Virus record (IMG/VR): IMGVR_UViG_3300010157_000059
Coordinates: 8,158 to 72,157 of that record
DNA from: a virus
Length of the DNA: 64,000 nt
Reading direction: 5' to 3' (one strand)
Both the position numbers and the translations under genes were made by a program. How positions within the stretch are numbered: the stretch's first letter is position 1; each line of letters starts with the position of its first letter. The notes under the pieces were generated by a model. That model was not told where the DNA came from. It searched no databases and saw only the letters and a program-made list of their open reading frames with translations. Positions 29,407 to 38,691 of the stretch are shown piece by piece.

Positions 29407-29421
29407 CTATTGGAGAACAGA

Positions 29422-31401
29422 ATGAAAAACATAGTACTTACTACCGATCAACTTCAAGAAGTGGTCGATGCCTACTCGCAAGTAGATGAATTTGTATTTG
29501 ACGTAGAAACCATGGGAGAAAACCGTGGGGATCCTCGTCAGAACCCTGTTGTATGGATTGCTTTGGCCACAGAAGGCCGAGTAGATGTAATTCCTATGGG
29601 GCACCCTAACGGCACATATGTGCGCACTGATTACCCTTTGCTTCCCTCTGCTAAATTGCGACAGTCTAAAGGCATGCTCTTACGTCCACAGGACTACAGC
29701 AAAGATGAGCGCAAAGCTACTAAAGTATTCACAGAAGCGCCTGAGCAGTTAACCCCAGGGGAAGTTTTTAAATCTCTTAAGCCTTTATTTATGAGTGACA
29801 AAGTAAAGGTAGGCCATAACGTAAAGTTTGACCTGCAGTCTATTTCTAAATACATTGGTGGACTACCGGCACCTACGTTTGCTTGCACCCTTAATGCCGC
29901 TTTCATTATTAATAATGAGCACCGTATCAATCTTGGGCTTGCTGATTGCCTAAAACGTGAGTTTGGCTACGAGATGGTCAAGGGTGTAGGTAAAGAAATT
30001 GAAGCGCATAGCTTTGAGGATGTTGCTACTTACGCTGGGTTAGATGCTGAATGGACATGGAAGCTGTGGAAGAAACTAGAGTCCCGTCTTAAAGAAGACC
30101 GTTTGTCTAAACTCTTTGCTTTAGAAATGGATGTATTAGAAGTAATCTGTAACATGGAACTTCGTGGTGCAGACATTGATGTATCAGCATTGTCTAAGTT
30201 GAAGACAGACATTGAGTTTCAATTAGAAGATTGCAAAGGGCGTATTTATAAGTCTGCCGGTAAGTCTTTTAACATTAATAGTGTTAAGGAAAAGCAAATT
30301 CTACTTTATACCCCAAAAACAGAGGGAGGCCGAGGCCTAAAGCCAAAAGTTCCCACTACTAATGGTGAGAAAAAGATCAACCAAGGACAGGCCACTACGG
30401 TGTCTGACTTCTCTGTTTCGGAGCCAGCATTAAAAGCATACGCAGGCAAAGACGATCTTGTAGATGGGTTGCTTGAGTACTCTGACCTTAATAAGTTGCT
30501 TACTACATATGTAATCCCATACTTAGGTGGAGATATTACCCGTACATTGGCCGGTAAGAGCAAAGTAGTTGCTAAGAAGAGTTTGTTATTAAAAGGGCGG
30601 ATTCATACTGACTTTGTACAGTATGGGACAGAGACTGGTCGTTTTAGTAGCCGTAATCCTAATCTTCAAAACGTTCCGGCCCCACATACCTCTAACGGCA
30701 AAGCAATTCGTAATTTATTTATTGCCCCCGAAGGCCATTCTTTAGTGGTAGCTGACTATTCTCAGATTGAGCCACGAGTCATTGCTTCTTTCTCTAAAGA
30801 CCGCATTATGTGTGGGTCTTACCTAGATGGTGGAGATATTTATACTACTGTTGGTGACACGATGGGTGTGGACCGTAAAGCTGGCAAGGTGTTAGTATTG
30901 GCTATGGCATACGGCGTAGGTCCAGATAAGATTGCAGAGCAAATTGGGTGTACACCTAGGGAAGCTAAAGATCTGCTAGACAACTTTGTTAAGAAGTTCC
31001 CAGCAGTAGGTCGATACAAGCGCACTGTTATAACTCAAAGTCGTAACCAAACTCCTGTACCATATGCTTCTACTATCTTAAAGCGTCGCAGGTATCTTCC
31101 TGATCTTCGTTCAAGTGAGATTTGGAAGCGTTCACGTGCAGAACGTCAAGCGTTTAACACTGTTATTCAAGGGTCTGCTGCAGACCTTATTAAAGTAGCA
31201 ATGGTTCGCGCTAACCGAATGATTCCAAAAGAATCTAATTTAATACTTACTGTGCACGATGAACTTGTCACAGTTACCCCTAATCATTTATTAGAGGAAA
31301 CTGCTGAGGCAATTCGTTCAGCAATGGAGGGAATCAATGTGCTTAGTATTCCATTACTAGCCGATGTAACAACTGTAGAAAGGTGGGGAGACGCAAAATG
31401 A
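29422..31401 (+). CDS. polA: DNA polymerase, family A (3'-5' exonuclease + polymerase)
   Basis: FDVET, GHNVKFD, TGRFSSRNPNLQN, ADYSQIEPR, IQGSAADLIK, VHDEL. Confidence 0.95.
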   Translation: MKNIVLTTDQLQEVVDAYSQVDEFVFDVETMGENRGDPRQNPVVWIALATEGRVDVIPMGHPNGTYVRTDYPLLPSAKLRQSKGMLLRPQDYSKDERKATKVFTEAPEQLTPGEVFKSLKPLFMSDKVKVGHNVKFDLQSISKYIGGLPAPTFACTLNAAFIINNEHRINLGLADCLKREFGYEMVKGVGKEIEAHSFEDVATYAGLDAEWTWKLWKKLESRLKEDRLSKLFALEMDVLEVICNMELRGADIDVSALSKLKTDIEFQLEDCKGRIYKSAGKSFNINSVKEKQILLYTPKTEGGRGLKPKVPTTNGEKKINQGQATTVSDFSVSEPALKAYAGKDDLVDGLLEYSDLNKLLTTYVIPYLGGDITRTLAGKSKVVAKKSLLLKGRIHTDFVQYGTETGRFSSRNPNLQNVPAPHTSNGKAIRNLFIAPEGHSLVVADYSQIEPRVIASFSKDRIMCGSYLDGGDIYTTVGDTMGVDRKAGKVLVLAMAYGVGPDKIAEQIGCTPREAKDLLDNFVKKFPAVGRYKRTVITQSRNQTPVPYASTILKRRRYLPDLRSSEIWKRSRAERQAFNTVIQGSAADLIKVAMVRANRMIPKESNLILTVHDELVTVTPNHLLEETAEAIRSAMEGINVLSIPLLADVTTVERWGDAK

Positions 31402-31808
31402 GTTTCTTTAACCGTAAGAAAAAGAATAAATTAACTGTTACCGCAATACCGCCACAAGTATTGATTCGTAAAATTATTTACGATAGTGGTTGTAGTGACC
31501 CAGAAGCTGTAGCAGTTGCACTTGGGTTATCGCCTGTTTCAGAAGAGGTAGCCGAAATGGAAGAGCAAGCAAGTTTTGACCGAGTTGCACGAATCGCAGC
31601 TTTGCTACCAATACTAGAAGCGCACGCACACATTGCAGCACAAGTTGCCGCAGCATCTTATACAACAGACTTAGAGGGCGTAGAGTTACCAGAAGAAGTA
31701 TTGGGGGCATTAGTTACTATCTTTAAGTTTGTTTCTTTTGCCTCTGCAATGACTTGCTTATCGTCATTAGTAGATATGAACATTCTTAATGAAAAGTATC
31801 GATCATGA
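31398..31808 (+). CDS. hypothetical protein
   Basis: ORF overlapping the polA stop. Confidence 0.6.
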   Translation: MSFFNRKKKNKLTVTAIPPQVLIRKIIYDSGCSDPEAVAVALGLSPVSEEVAEMEEQASFDRVARIAALLPILEAHAHIAAQVAAASYTTDLEGVELPEEVLGALVTIFKFVSFASAMTCLSSLVDMNILNEKYRS

Positions 31809-32206
31809 GCGATTGGTGGTCTCGTAAATTAGGAGAGCCTACTCCACAAGTTCCTCAACGTAGTGGTCTTCCTCCTACAAATAACCCAACTATCTCTGTG
31901 CGTTACGTACCAGAGGGCAATGTAACAGCTACTCCAGTTGCATACGATAGAGACTCAGACCAGCTAATGACTAAGTCTCAAGCAGCTAAACAAGTAGAGA
32001 CTTGTCCTAACTGTTACTCAGGCAACTACTTTGCTCCAATGGGAACTCAACGTAAGCGTTGCTATGACTGTGGGTATCCAATCCTTCAACAAGGCACTGG
32101 CGCAGGCATGCCCGGTGGCTCAGCCGGAGGTCCCTCAACACCTTCAAAACAAGTTTCACAAGGTGGGGGATATAACCCCAACATAATCGTAGACAGGATC
32201 GGGTAA
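31805..32206 (+). CDS. hypothetical Zn-ribbon protein
   Basis: CPNC...CYDC. Confidence 0.6.
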   Translation: MSDWWSRKLGEPTPQVPQRSGLPPTNNPTISVRYVPEGNVTATPVAYDRDSDQLMTKSQAAKQVETCPNCYSGNYFAPMGTQRKRCYDCGYPILQQGTGAGMPGGSAGGPSTPSKQVSQGGGYNPNIIVDRIG

Positions 32207-33261
32207 TGATGGCATTAAACCCAGAAGTACTAAAAGTAGTTGCACTTCTTAATAAGAAGCTAGGCCCAGGCACTGTTATTAAAGCAAGCGACGCACAACT
32301 TCCTACTCGTATTACTACAGGATCTCTTACTTTAGATGTTGTACTAGGAGGGGGATGGCCAGTAAACCAATGGACTGAAATTATTGGTGAGGCGTCTAAT
32401 GGTAAGACCGCTATTGCTCTTAAAACTGTTGCAGCTAATCAAGCTAAAGATCCAGACTTTACTACCGTATGGATTGCTGCAGAGCCTTTTGATGTTGGTT
32501 ATGCGCAAATGTGCGGCATTGATACTGACCGTGTATTTGTAGTATCAACAAATATTATGGAAGAAGCATATGAGGCTGCAATTCAATTCTGCGAGTCTAA
32601 AGCTGTTGATCTTATTGTTATTGATTCCCTTCCCGCTTTAGTTCCAACAGCAGAAGATGATAAGAACATGGATGAGATGACAGTAGGACGTGGAGCTTTG
32701 CTTACCAATAAGTTTTTCCGCAAGGTTTCTAAAGCCACTAAGCGTTCTCTCATTGAAAGCGAACGCGGGATTACTTGCCTATTGATTAACCAGTTCCGTA
32801 TGAAGATTGGGGTAATGCATGGTGACCCCCGTACTACTCCAGGTGGCTTAGGAAAAGATTATGCTATGGCTATTCGCGTAGAAGTAAAGCGTGATGACTG
32901 GCTAGAAGTCGGTGTTGGAGAAGGCAAACGCCGTTGTGGTCAGACTATCCGTGTACGTACGATTAAGAACAAGACATTCCCACCACAGCAAACTGCATAT
33001 CTAGATTTTTGGTTTGCAGATGGTGGTCCGTTAGACGCAGGCTCTTACGACTCAGCCAAAGAGATTATTTCTCTATCTATTCTCAATGGGATCGTAGAAC
33101 GTCGTGGAGGCTGGCTATACTATGAAGATAGGAAGTGGCAGGGTGCTGCTAACATGCTGGAGTCTATCCGTGAGGAACTTGATCTCAAGGATGCATTAAC
33201 TAAGGAAGTAATGGATACCCTCCGTACTTCCCCACTAATCAAAATAGAGGAAGAAGATTAA
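32206..33261 (+). CDS. recA: RecA-like recombinase
   Basis: TGSLTLDVVLGGG, GEASNGKT, VIDSLPALVP, INQFRMKIG...TTPGG. Confidence 0.95.
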   Translation: MMALNPEVLKVVALLNKKLGPGTVIKASDAQLPTRITTGSLTLDVVLGGGWPVNQWTEIIGEASNGKTAIALKTVAANQAKDPDFTTVWIAAEPFDVGYAQMCGIDTDRVFVVSTNIMEEAYEAAIQFCESKAVDLIVIDSLPALVPTAEDDKNMDEMTVGRGALLTNKFFRKVSKATKRSLIESERGITCLLINQFRMKIGVMHGDPRTTPGGLGKDYAMAIRVEVKRDDWLEVGVGEGKRRCGQTIRVRTIKNKTFPPQQTAYLDFWFADGGPLDAGSYDSAKEIISLSILNGIVERRGGWLYYEDRKWQGAANMLESIREELDLKDALTKEVMDTLRTSPLIKIEEED

Positions 33262-33262
33262 A

Positions 33263-33679
33263 ATGGTACTATCACGTATTACAGGAACGCAGGCATTCTC
33301 ACACATGAATGTATGGCGGTTGCAACATAAGAGCATTGCTGTAGGGCATTGTCATGCAACCTGTCAGAATGCCTGGGGACTTCCCGTCAAGTACGCGTCT
33401 GCAATTGACGCGTGGAATCATGTGCCTAAAGCTCACCGCCATATGGACCCAAAGAAAGCTCCTATTGGAGCTGTTCATTTTTGGGAGGGCGGAAATTATG
33501 GGCATGTGGCAATGCAGTCAGATAAGAAAGATGTAGTTATTACTACCGATGCTCCTACCCCTGGCTACATTGGGTTAGAGCACATGTCTTTCTTTGAAAA
33601 GAGTTGGGGCAAGAAGTATCTTGGTTGGGCTAGCCAGTACAACGATGTTGATCTTCAGCTCGGCAAGATGCCTAGCTAA
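33263..33679 (+). CDS. CHAP/NlpC-P60-like peptidoglycan hydrolase
   Basis: GHCHATCQNAWG...SAIDAW...APIGAVHFWEGGNYGHVA...YLGWA. Confidence 0.7.
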   Translation: MVLSRITGTQAFSHMNVWRLQHKSIAVGHCHATCQNAWGLPVKYASAIDAWNHVPKAHRHMDPKKAPIGAVHFWEGGNYGHVAMQSDKKDVVITTDAPTPGYIGLEHMSFFEKSWGKKYLGWASQYNDVDLQLGKMPS

Positions 33680-34053
33680 TGAAGTCGGAAGGTCAAAAGC
33701 AGTCTCTAAAGCACGAAAAGCGTTTAGAGAAAGCCCTCGGAGGCCAGCGTTCTGCTGGCTCCGGGGCCTTCTGGTCTCGTAAGGGTGATGTCAGGACTAA
33801 TGACTTCTTGATTGAACACAAGTGGACAGGTAAGAAGTCTTTCACTCTTAAATCAGATGTACTAGAAAAGATAGTTATGGAAGCTATCTTAGATAGTCGC
33901 ATAGCCGCATTGGGGATATCTTTGAACGGCAAAAATTACGTGCTCTTGGAGGAACACGATTTTATTGAACTCCGAGAATTTAGAAATGAGCACGTATGTA
34001 TGACGACAACGTCCCTTGGGCATGGCGATACGACGCCAAATGCAGAGGACTAG
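33679..34053 (+). CDS. Holliday junction resolvase-like PD-(D/E)xK nuclease
   Basis: HEKR...SGA...KGDV...LIEHK. Confidence 0.75.
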   Translation: MKSEGQKQSLKHEKRLEKALGGQRSAGSGAFWSRKGDVRTNDFLIEHKWTGKKSFTLKSDVLEKIVMEAILDSRIAALGISLNGKNYVLLEEHDFIELREFRNEHVCMTTTSLGHGDTTPNAED

Positions 34054-34298
34054 ACACTGAACTTTTCTTTCCCCCCAGGGATAAGAATCTTTACGCACCC
34101 ATAGCAGAAAAAGCTAAAGCAATTTGTTTTGGTTACGACGGTGAGCCGCCTTGCCCAGTCCGTAAAGACTGCCTAAAAGAGGCAATTAAAAATGACGAGC
34201 AACATGGTATCTTTGGCGGTTTGTCTCATCGTGAAAGAAACGCTATGGTTAGAAAATATAAAGATTCCGGTAAAACTTTGGATGAATGGTTGGAGTAA
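33996..34298 (+). CDS. whiB: WhiB-family Fe-S transcription factor
   Basis: WRYDAKCRGLDTELFFP...AKAIC...CPVRKDC...GIFGGLSHRER. Confidence 0.9.
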   Translation: MYDDNVPWAWRYDAKCRGLDTELFFPPRDKNLYAPIAEKAKAICFGYDGEPPCPVRKDCLKEAIKNDEQHGIFGGLSHRERNAMVRKYKDSGKTLDEWLE

Positions 34299-34300
34299 AA

Positions 34301-35200
34301 ATGTCGCCTAAGCCGCAGACGATTGCAAGTAAAGAATTAAAAGCGTACCTAAATGCTAATAAAAGGGTCACACGTCTGACGGGGCCATTAGAGCGTTACA
34401 TACTTACCCGTGACCCCGAATTTCGGGATCAATCATATCTACATCCAAGTGACTTGATTAAGTCTGAATGGTGTGCACTACATGCCTATCATCAATTGAC
34501 TGGCAATTATGTTGCCACCCAAGAGAAACCAACGCTTCGCTTACAGTCAATCTTTGACGAAGGCCATGCCATCCACCACAAGTGGCAGTCATGGATCACA
34601 AAGATGGGCAACATGTACGGCCTTTGGGAATGCGTGTACTGCAATGAATCTTTCTACGGTATTGCTCCAGATGGCTGCCAATTCTGTGATGAAGGCGGTT
34701 TAATCTACAAGGAAGTACCTTTATCGTCTGAAAAACATATGATCCGGGGCCACTCCGATGGTTGGGTTAAAGGTTTGGGAGATGATTTCCTCATTGAAAT
34801 TAAATCAATGGGGGCTGGCACAATTCGGATAGAAGCCCCAGGGCTACTAGCTGGTGCCAACGGTGACCTGGAAGCCGCGTGGAGGGCCATCAAACAGCCT
34901 TTCAGGTCACATATGCTTCAGGGTCAGGTTTACTTACACCTATGCCACTTAATGGTAGAAGAAGGACTTGCGGAGTCCGCACCAGAGTCAATAGTATTTC
35001 TATACGAACTCAAAGCTAATCAGGACTACAAAGAGTTTGAGGTCCAGTATGACCCTGAATATGTAGCCGATGTATTTGAGAACGCTCTGGATGTAAAGTG
35101 GGCAGTTGACAACAAGCGCCCACCTGCATGTAATATAGACCCAGTCAAGGGTTGCAAGCGTTGCTCAACCTTTAGGGAGGAATCTAATGAAGTGGTCTGA
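34301..35200 (+). CDS. Cas4-like PD-(D/E)xK exonuclease
   Basis: HPSD...WC, GHSDG...IEIKS, QGQVY, C-terminal C...CxxC. Confidence 0.8.
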   Translation: MSPKPQTIASKELKAYLNANKRVTRLTGPLERYILTRDPEFRDQSYLHPSDLIKSEWCALHAYHQLTGNYVATQEKPTLRLQSIFDEGHAIHHKWQSWITKMGNMYGLWECVYCNESFYGIAPDGCQFCDEGGLIYKEVPLSSEKHMIRGHSDGWVKGLGDDFLIEIKSMGAGTIRIEAPGLLAGANGDLEAAWRAIKQPFRSHMLQGQVYLHLCHLMVEEGLAESAPESIVFLYELKANQDYKEFEVQYDPEYVADVFENALDVKWAVDNKRPPACNIDPVKGCKRCSTFREESNEVV

Positions 35201-35369
35201 AGTAGATAATAGCCTTGAATATGCTTGGGAAGAAACTCGTCTCCTCAAAGAGGCTATAAAAAATATTCACAAAAAAATGACGCATATCTATGGTAAAGTT
35301 GCATGCACTGAGTGCGGACAAGCTTGGCCATGTCGTACAATTCAAGCTATAGGGGATACAAATGAGTAA
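35187..35369 (+). CDS. small Zn-binding protein (H...CxxC...PCxTI family)
   Basis: IH...CTECGQAWPCRTIQAI. Confidence 0.6.
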   Translation: MKWSEVDNSLEYAWEETRLLKEAIKNIHKKMTHIYGKVACTECGQAWPCRTIQAIGDTNE

Positions 35370-35841
35370 CAGTTCACACGCATTAAACTCACTCAGCACT
35401 AAGGGGTTTAAGATTCCGATTAAACCTACATACGAAATTCCAGATCTTCCTAGGGACATTACAGAACTTGATGATGATGATCTTATGGAACTTTTTGTTA
35501 CACTAACTAGTTGGACAGACTACGTTGCCCCACAAGTTGCTGTGTCAGCAATTGACGAGCGTGAGTGCGATCGTCTAGTATCTGTATTAGAGGCAACAGC
35601 CATGATTAATAATTGGAAAGGTGGTAGCGGTGATCGCATTACTATTGCTAAAGCACATATTCTCCTCGACCCACGGGTTACGGACGCACGTAAAGAACTT
35701 GATGAAAAACATGCCTACCGAAAATTGGTAGAAACCTTGTTACAAAATCTAGAACGCGATGCCGCATTAGTTTCTCGTGAACTAACCCGGCGTACATCAG
35801 ACAATGGAGTTAAGAACCGCTCACGGAGGTACACGGTATAG
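35362..35841 (+). CDS. helical protein, possible UvsY-like recombination mediator
   Basis: All-helical coiled coil ending SRELTRR, within the RecA/nuclease cluster. Confidence 0.45.
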   Translation: MSNSSHALNSLSTKGFKIPIKPTYEIPDLPRDITELDDDDLMELFVTLTSWTDYVAPQVAVSAIDERECDRLVSVLEATAMINNWKGGSGDRITIAKAHILLDPRVTDARKELDEKHAYRKLVETLLQNLERDAALVSRELTRRTSDNGVKNRSRRYTV

Positions 35842-36320
35842 TGAATGCAAAAATTTCAACGACTTACGCTACTAGTACTAGTAGAAGTACTATTAGTAGT
35901 TCTAGCTATAAACAGGCACAATACGCCACCGCTACTGTCGTCGCCCCAGCAGTTGATGTAAAAGGGGTTAAAGTTTTAACGGTAGAGGATGTTGAAGAGG
36001 TGGCACAGATGTTACACAATCTTTTGCAAGATTCATTAATTACTTGTGAGGAAGATTGTTGCATTGAGGAGAGTAATAAAATAGACTTTACTGATATAAG
36101 CCTTAATATAATTAAGCTCATTACTGCCGATTACTCTATTGGTGTAGAAGAAAAACAACAATTAATGAGTAAGTTAGCAGCTACTCAACTTGACCTTAGT
36201 AACCTTAAAAAACAAATGATTATGTCTAATCATAAAGAAGCCGAGGGTTTGCACGAAAAACGGTTAAATAATTTTAAAAGCCGTAGTTATAACAACCCTT
36301 ATATTGAAGAAAAGCAATGA
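35841..36320 (+). CDS. hypothetical protein
   Basis: 159-aa ORF with overlapping start and stop. Confidence 0.55.
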   Translation: MNAKISTTYATSTSRSTISSSSYKQAQYATATVVAPAVDVKGVKVLTVEDVEEVAQMLHNLLQDSLITCEEDCCIEESNKIDFTDISLNIIKLITADYSIGVEEKQQLMSKLAATQLDLSNLKKQMIMSNHKEAEGLHEKRLNNFKSRSYNNPYIEEKQ

Positions 36321-36847
36321 TAATTGGGGTGTCAGGTTACGCTCAGTCCGGTAAGGATGAGATAGCTAAATTTGCTTTAGAATACGGGTTTAATCGTGCA
36401 GCTTTTGCAGATACCCTGCGGGAAGCTATTGTAGCTTTAAACCCTTTGATTGGTGTAGGGGTGCGTGCTAACGATCTTGTAATGTTAATGGGTTGGGAAA
36501 AAGCTAAACGTCTGAGCCCAGAACTACGTATGCTATTACAACGTATGGGTACAGAAGCTGGTCGTGAAATCTTTGGGGAAAACATTTGGGTTGATAAAAC
36601 TCTAGGAGGGTTAGATCCTTCTAAGAACTACATCATTACCGATGTACGCTATAAGAATGAGGCAGACGCTATCCGTAACCTAGGTGGTCAGATGTGGCGT
36701 GTAAAGCGTCCAGGCACTGGCCCAGTAAACAAGCACAAGTCTGAGGTAGACCTAGACGATTATACTTTTGACTTTACAATTAAAAATGACGGTGACTTAG
36801 AAAATCTAAAGCACCTAGTAGACAAGATGATGTTGGTAGTAGCATGA
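36317..36847 (+). CDS. deoxynucleoside monophosphate kinase
   Basis: GVSGYAQSGKD, FADTLRE, LQRMGTE, ITDVRYKNE, HKSE. Confidence 0.9.
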   Translation: MIIGVSGYAQSGKDEIAKFALEYGFNRAAFADTLREAIVALNPLIGVGVRANDLVMLMGWEKAKRLSPELRMLLQRMGTEAGREIFGENIWVDKTLGGLDPSKNYIITDVRYKNEADAIRNLGGQMWRVKRPGTGPVNKHKSEVDLDDYTFDFTIKNDGDLENLKHLVDKMMLVVA

Positions 36848-37101
36848 GTGACAAGATTGAAACTATTGATGTAGGCAAAGTGGATTGGAACAAGACGGCT
36901 GTTCAGTACATGGAACTAAACAAGCAAAAGACTGAAGCCATTCAGCGTGTGCGTGAATTGCATAAATCAGTTACGCAAGACAACGCTGCTTGTGGTGACA
37001 TAGATTGCTGTGGCAGTTATGAAGAGTACGAACAATGTGCTGACTGCTTTAGTGCCTACCCCTGCGACACTATCAAAGCGTTAGACGGTGAGCAGGAATG
37101 A
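36844..37101 (+). CDS. small Zn-binding protein, RVRELH...YPCDTI family copy 1
   Basis: AIQRVRELHK...CADC...YPCDTIKALDGEQ. Confidence 0.7.
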   Translation: MSDKIETIDVGKVDWNKTAVQYMELNKQKTEAIQRVRELHKSVTQDNAACGDIDCCGSYEEYEQCADCFSAYPCDTIKALDGEQE

Positions 37102-37298
37102 CGATTAAAAGCGAGGGACTCGCAAAAGAATATATTCAAATGGCAAAATCTATTCATCGTGTGCGTGAACTGCATAAGCCAAGTGAAACGCTTGGAATTT
37201 GGGATGTAGTTTGTTCAGTCTGCATGGAGGGCGATGACCCTGCTGATTATGTTGAATACCCATGCGACACCATTAGAGCGTTAGACGGTGAACAGTAA
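37098..37298 (+). CDS. small Zn-binding protein, RVRELH...YPCDTI family copy 2
   Basis: SIHRVRELHK...CSVC...YPCDTIRALDGEQ. Confidence 0.7.
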   Translation: MTIKSEGLAKEYIQMAKSIHRVRELHKPSETLGIWDVVCSVCMEGDDPADYVEYPCDTIRALDGEQ

Positions 37299-37843
37299 TG
37301 GGCGTTAAAGTATTTGGAGTTCCAAACCTTAAAGGCCCAGTATGGGTTGGGGTCGATCAGTCATACTCAGGGTTTGCCATTACTGCTATAGACAAAGATG
37401 GAAACTACTACACGGAGGTAAAAAAGATTGAAGGAACTGGCGTGGAGCGTCTTCACCGGGCTCGTCTCTTTTTACTTGGGTTTCTTAGTGGGTACATGGT
37501 TGATGCGATTGCCATTGAAGGGTACGCGTTTGGGAGCCAAATGGCAAACATGGCAGGAGAACTCGGAGGAATGATCCGACTAGCATTGTTTGACAGCTAT
37601 AGGTTTGTTAATGAATCCTCAGCGTTCCCACTAGTTGTTCCTCCTACTAGTCTAAAGAAGTACATCACAGGTAAAGGTACTGGCATTAAAAAAAATCAAA
37701 TCTTACTATCTGTGTACAAAAAATGGGATGTAGAGTTTCACGACGACAATGCCGCAGACTCCTATGGCCTAGCTCGCATAGTTCGTAACCAGCATGACTT
37801 TGAGTATGAAAAAGAAGTTTACGATAAGTTAACTGGCAAATAA
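37298..37843 (+). CDS. RuvC-like Holliday junction resolvase
   Basis: GVDQS...IAIEGY...PPTSLKKYITGKG...DNAADS. Confidence 0.85.
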   Translation: MGVKVFGVPNLKGPVWVGVDQSYSGFAITAIDKDGNYYTEVKKIEGTGVERLHRARLFLLGFLSGYMVDAIAIEGYAFGSQMANMAGELGGMIRLALFDSYRFVNESSAFPLVVPPTSLKKYITGKGTGIKKNQILLSVYKKWDVEFHDDNAADSYGLARIVRNQHDFEYEKEVYDKLTGK

Positions 37844-37898
37844 TGGTAGGGTTTCCTTGAGGGCGCTCCAATAATCGAAACCATAAGGAATACTAATC

Positions 37899-38180
37899 GT
37901 GAGCGAAACACAAGAAGAAGAAAAATTTTTGCGGGTAAGCGGTGGATCTAATCCACAAGCTGTAGGGTCTGCTATAGCCCATGCGTTATATGAAAACCCT
38001 GTAATTAAAGTTCGTGCAGTAGGTGCTTCGGCAGTAAATCAAGCTGTTAAAGCTATTGCAATTGCCCGAGGGTATGTGGCCCCAAGAGGTTTAGATTTAG
38101 TTTGTAAGCCTGGATTTACATCTGTTGACTCCAGAGAAGGCACCATATCAGCAATTGTGTTTACAATTACTGCAAGTTAA
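37899..38180 (+). CDS. spoVS: SpoVS-family (Alba-like) nucleic-acid-binding protein
   Basis: LRVS..SNP.AVGSAIA...RAVGASAVNQAVKAIAIARGYVAP.GLDL...PGF...ISAI. Confidence 0.85.
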   Translation: MSETQEEEKFLRVSGGSNPQAVGSAIAHALYENPVIKVRAVGASAVNQAVKAIAIARGYVAPRGLDLVCKPGFTSVDSREGTISAIVFTITAS

Positions 38181-38246
38181 CGCTGATAATATGCCTGGTA
38201 AAGCTTACGGTTTAGGTATCAACTCTCTATTTAGAATGAGGTAAAA

Positions 38247-38615
38247 ATGGCTAATTCGTCAGAAGACGTTGACGCAGCCCTGGCCGGTATGGCACAGGTT
38301 GGTGCTCCCCGTGAGCCAATGGGTACATCTGCAATTGACACTACTTACTACGCTTCAGGAAATACTGGTAATCAGCACCTAATGCCACGTGGTAATGTTC
38401 AAGCAGGAGACCCTACAATTTCTAACAAGGCTATCCGTCCACAGGTTATGCTTGGTGCAGATCGTATGGGCGCTAAGTACACCGTCTTTACTAACCTAGT
38501 TCAGTCAAACGCCCCAGAAGCAGGCGCAACTCAGGCAAATGGCCGCATTGTTAAAGCCTCTACAAACCGTAGCCGTGGTGGATTCGATGATGGTATGGGT
38601 ACGTCTTACCTGTAA
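38247..38615 (+). CDS. hypothetical protein
   Basis: GAGGT RBS; 122 aa. Confidence 0.65.
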   Translation: MANSSEDVDAALAGMAQVGAPREPMGTSAIDTTYYASGNTGNQHLMPRGNVQAGDPTISNKAIRPQVMLGADRMGAKYTVFTNLVQSNAPEAGATQANGRIVKASTNRSRGGFDDGMGTSYL

Positions 38616-38638
38616 GATATAAGTAAATACATATGTGA

Positions 38639-38658
38639 GGTAGCCCTTCGGGGCTATC
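38639..38658 (+). terminator. UUCG-tetraloop hairpin
   Basis: GGTAGCCC-TTCG-GGGCTATC; no clear U-run. Confidence 0.45.
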
Positions 38659-38691
38659 TACACTAATCGGGATAATAATTGGAGGTATACT

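Noticed and set aside
34301-35200. CRISPR-Cas system suggested by the Cas4-like gene
   Set aside because: No repeat-spacer array or other cas genes seen; solo Cas4-like nucleases are common in phage recombination clusters
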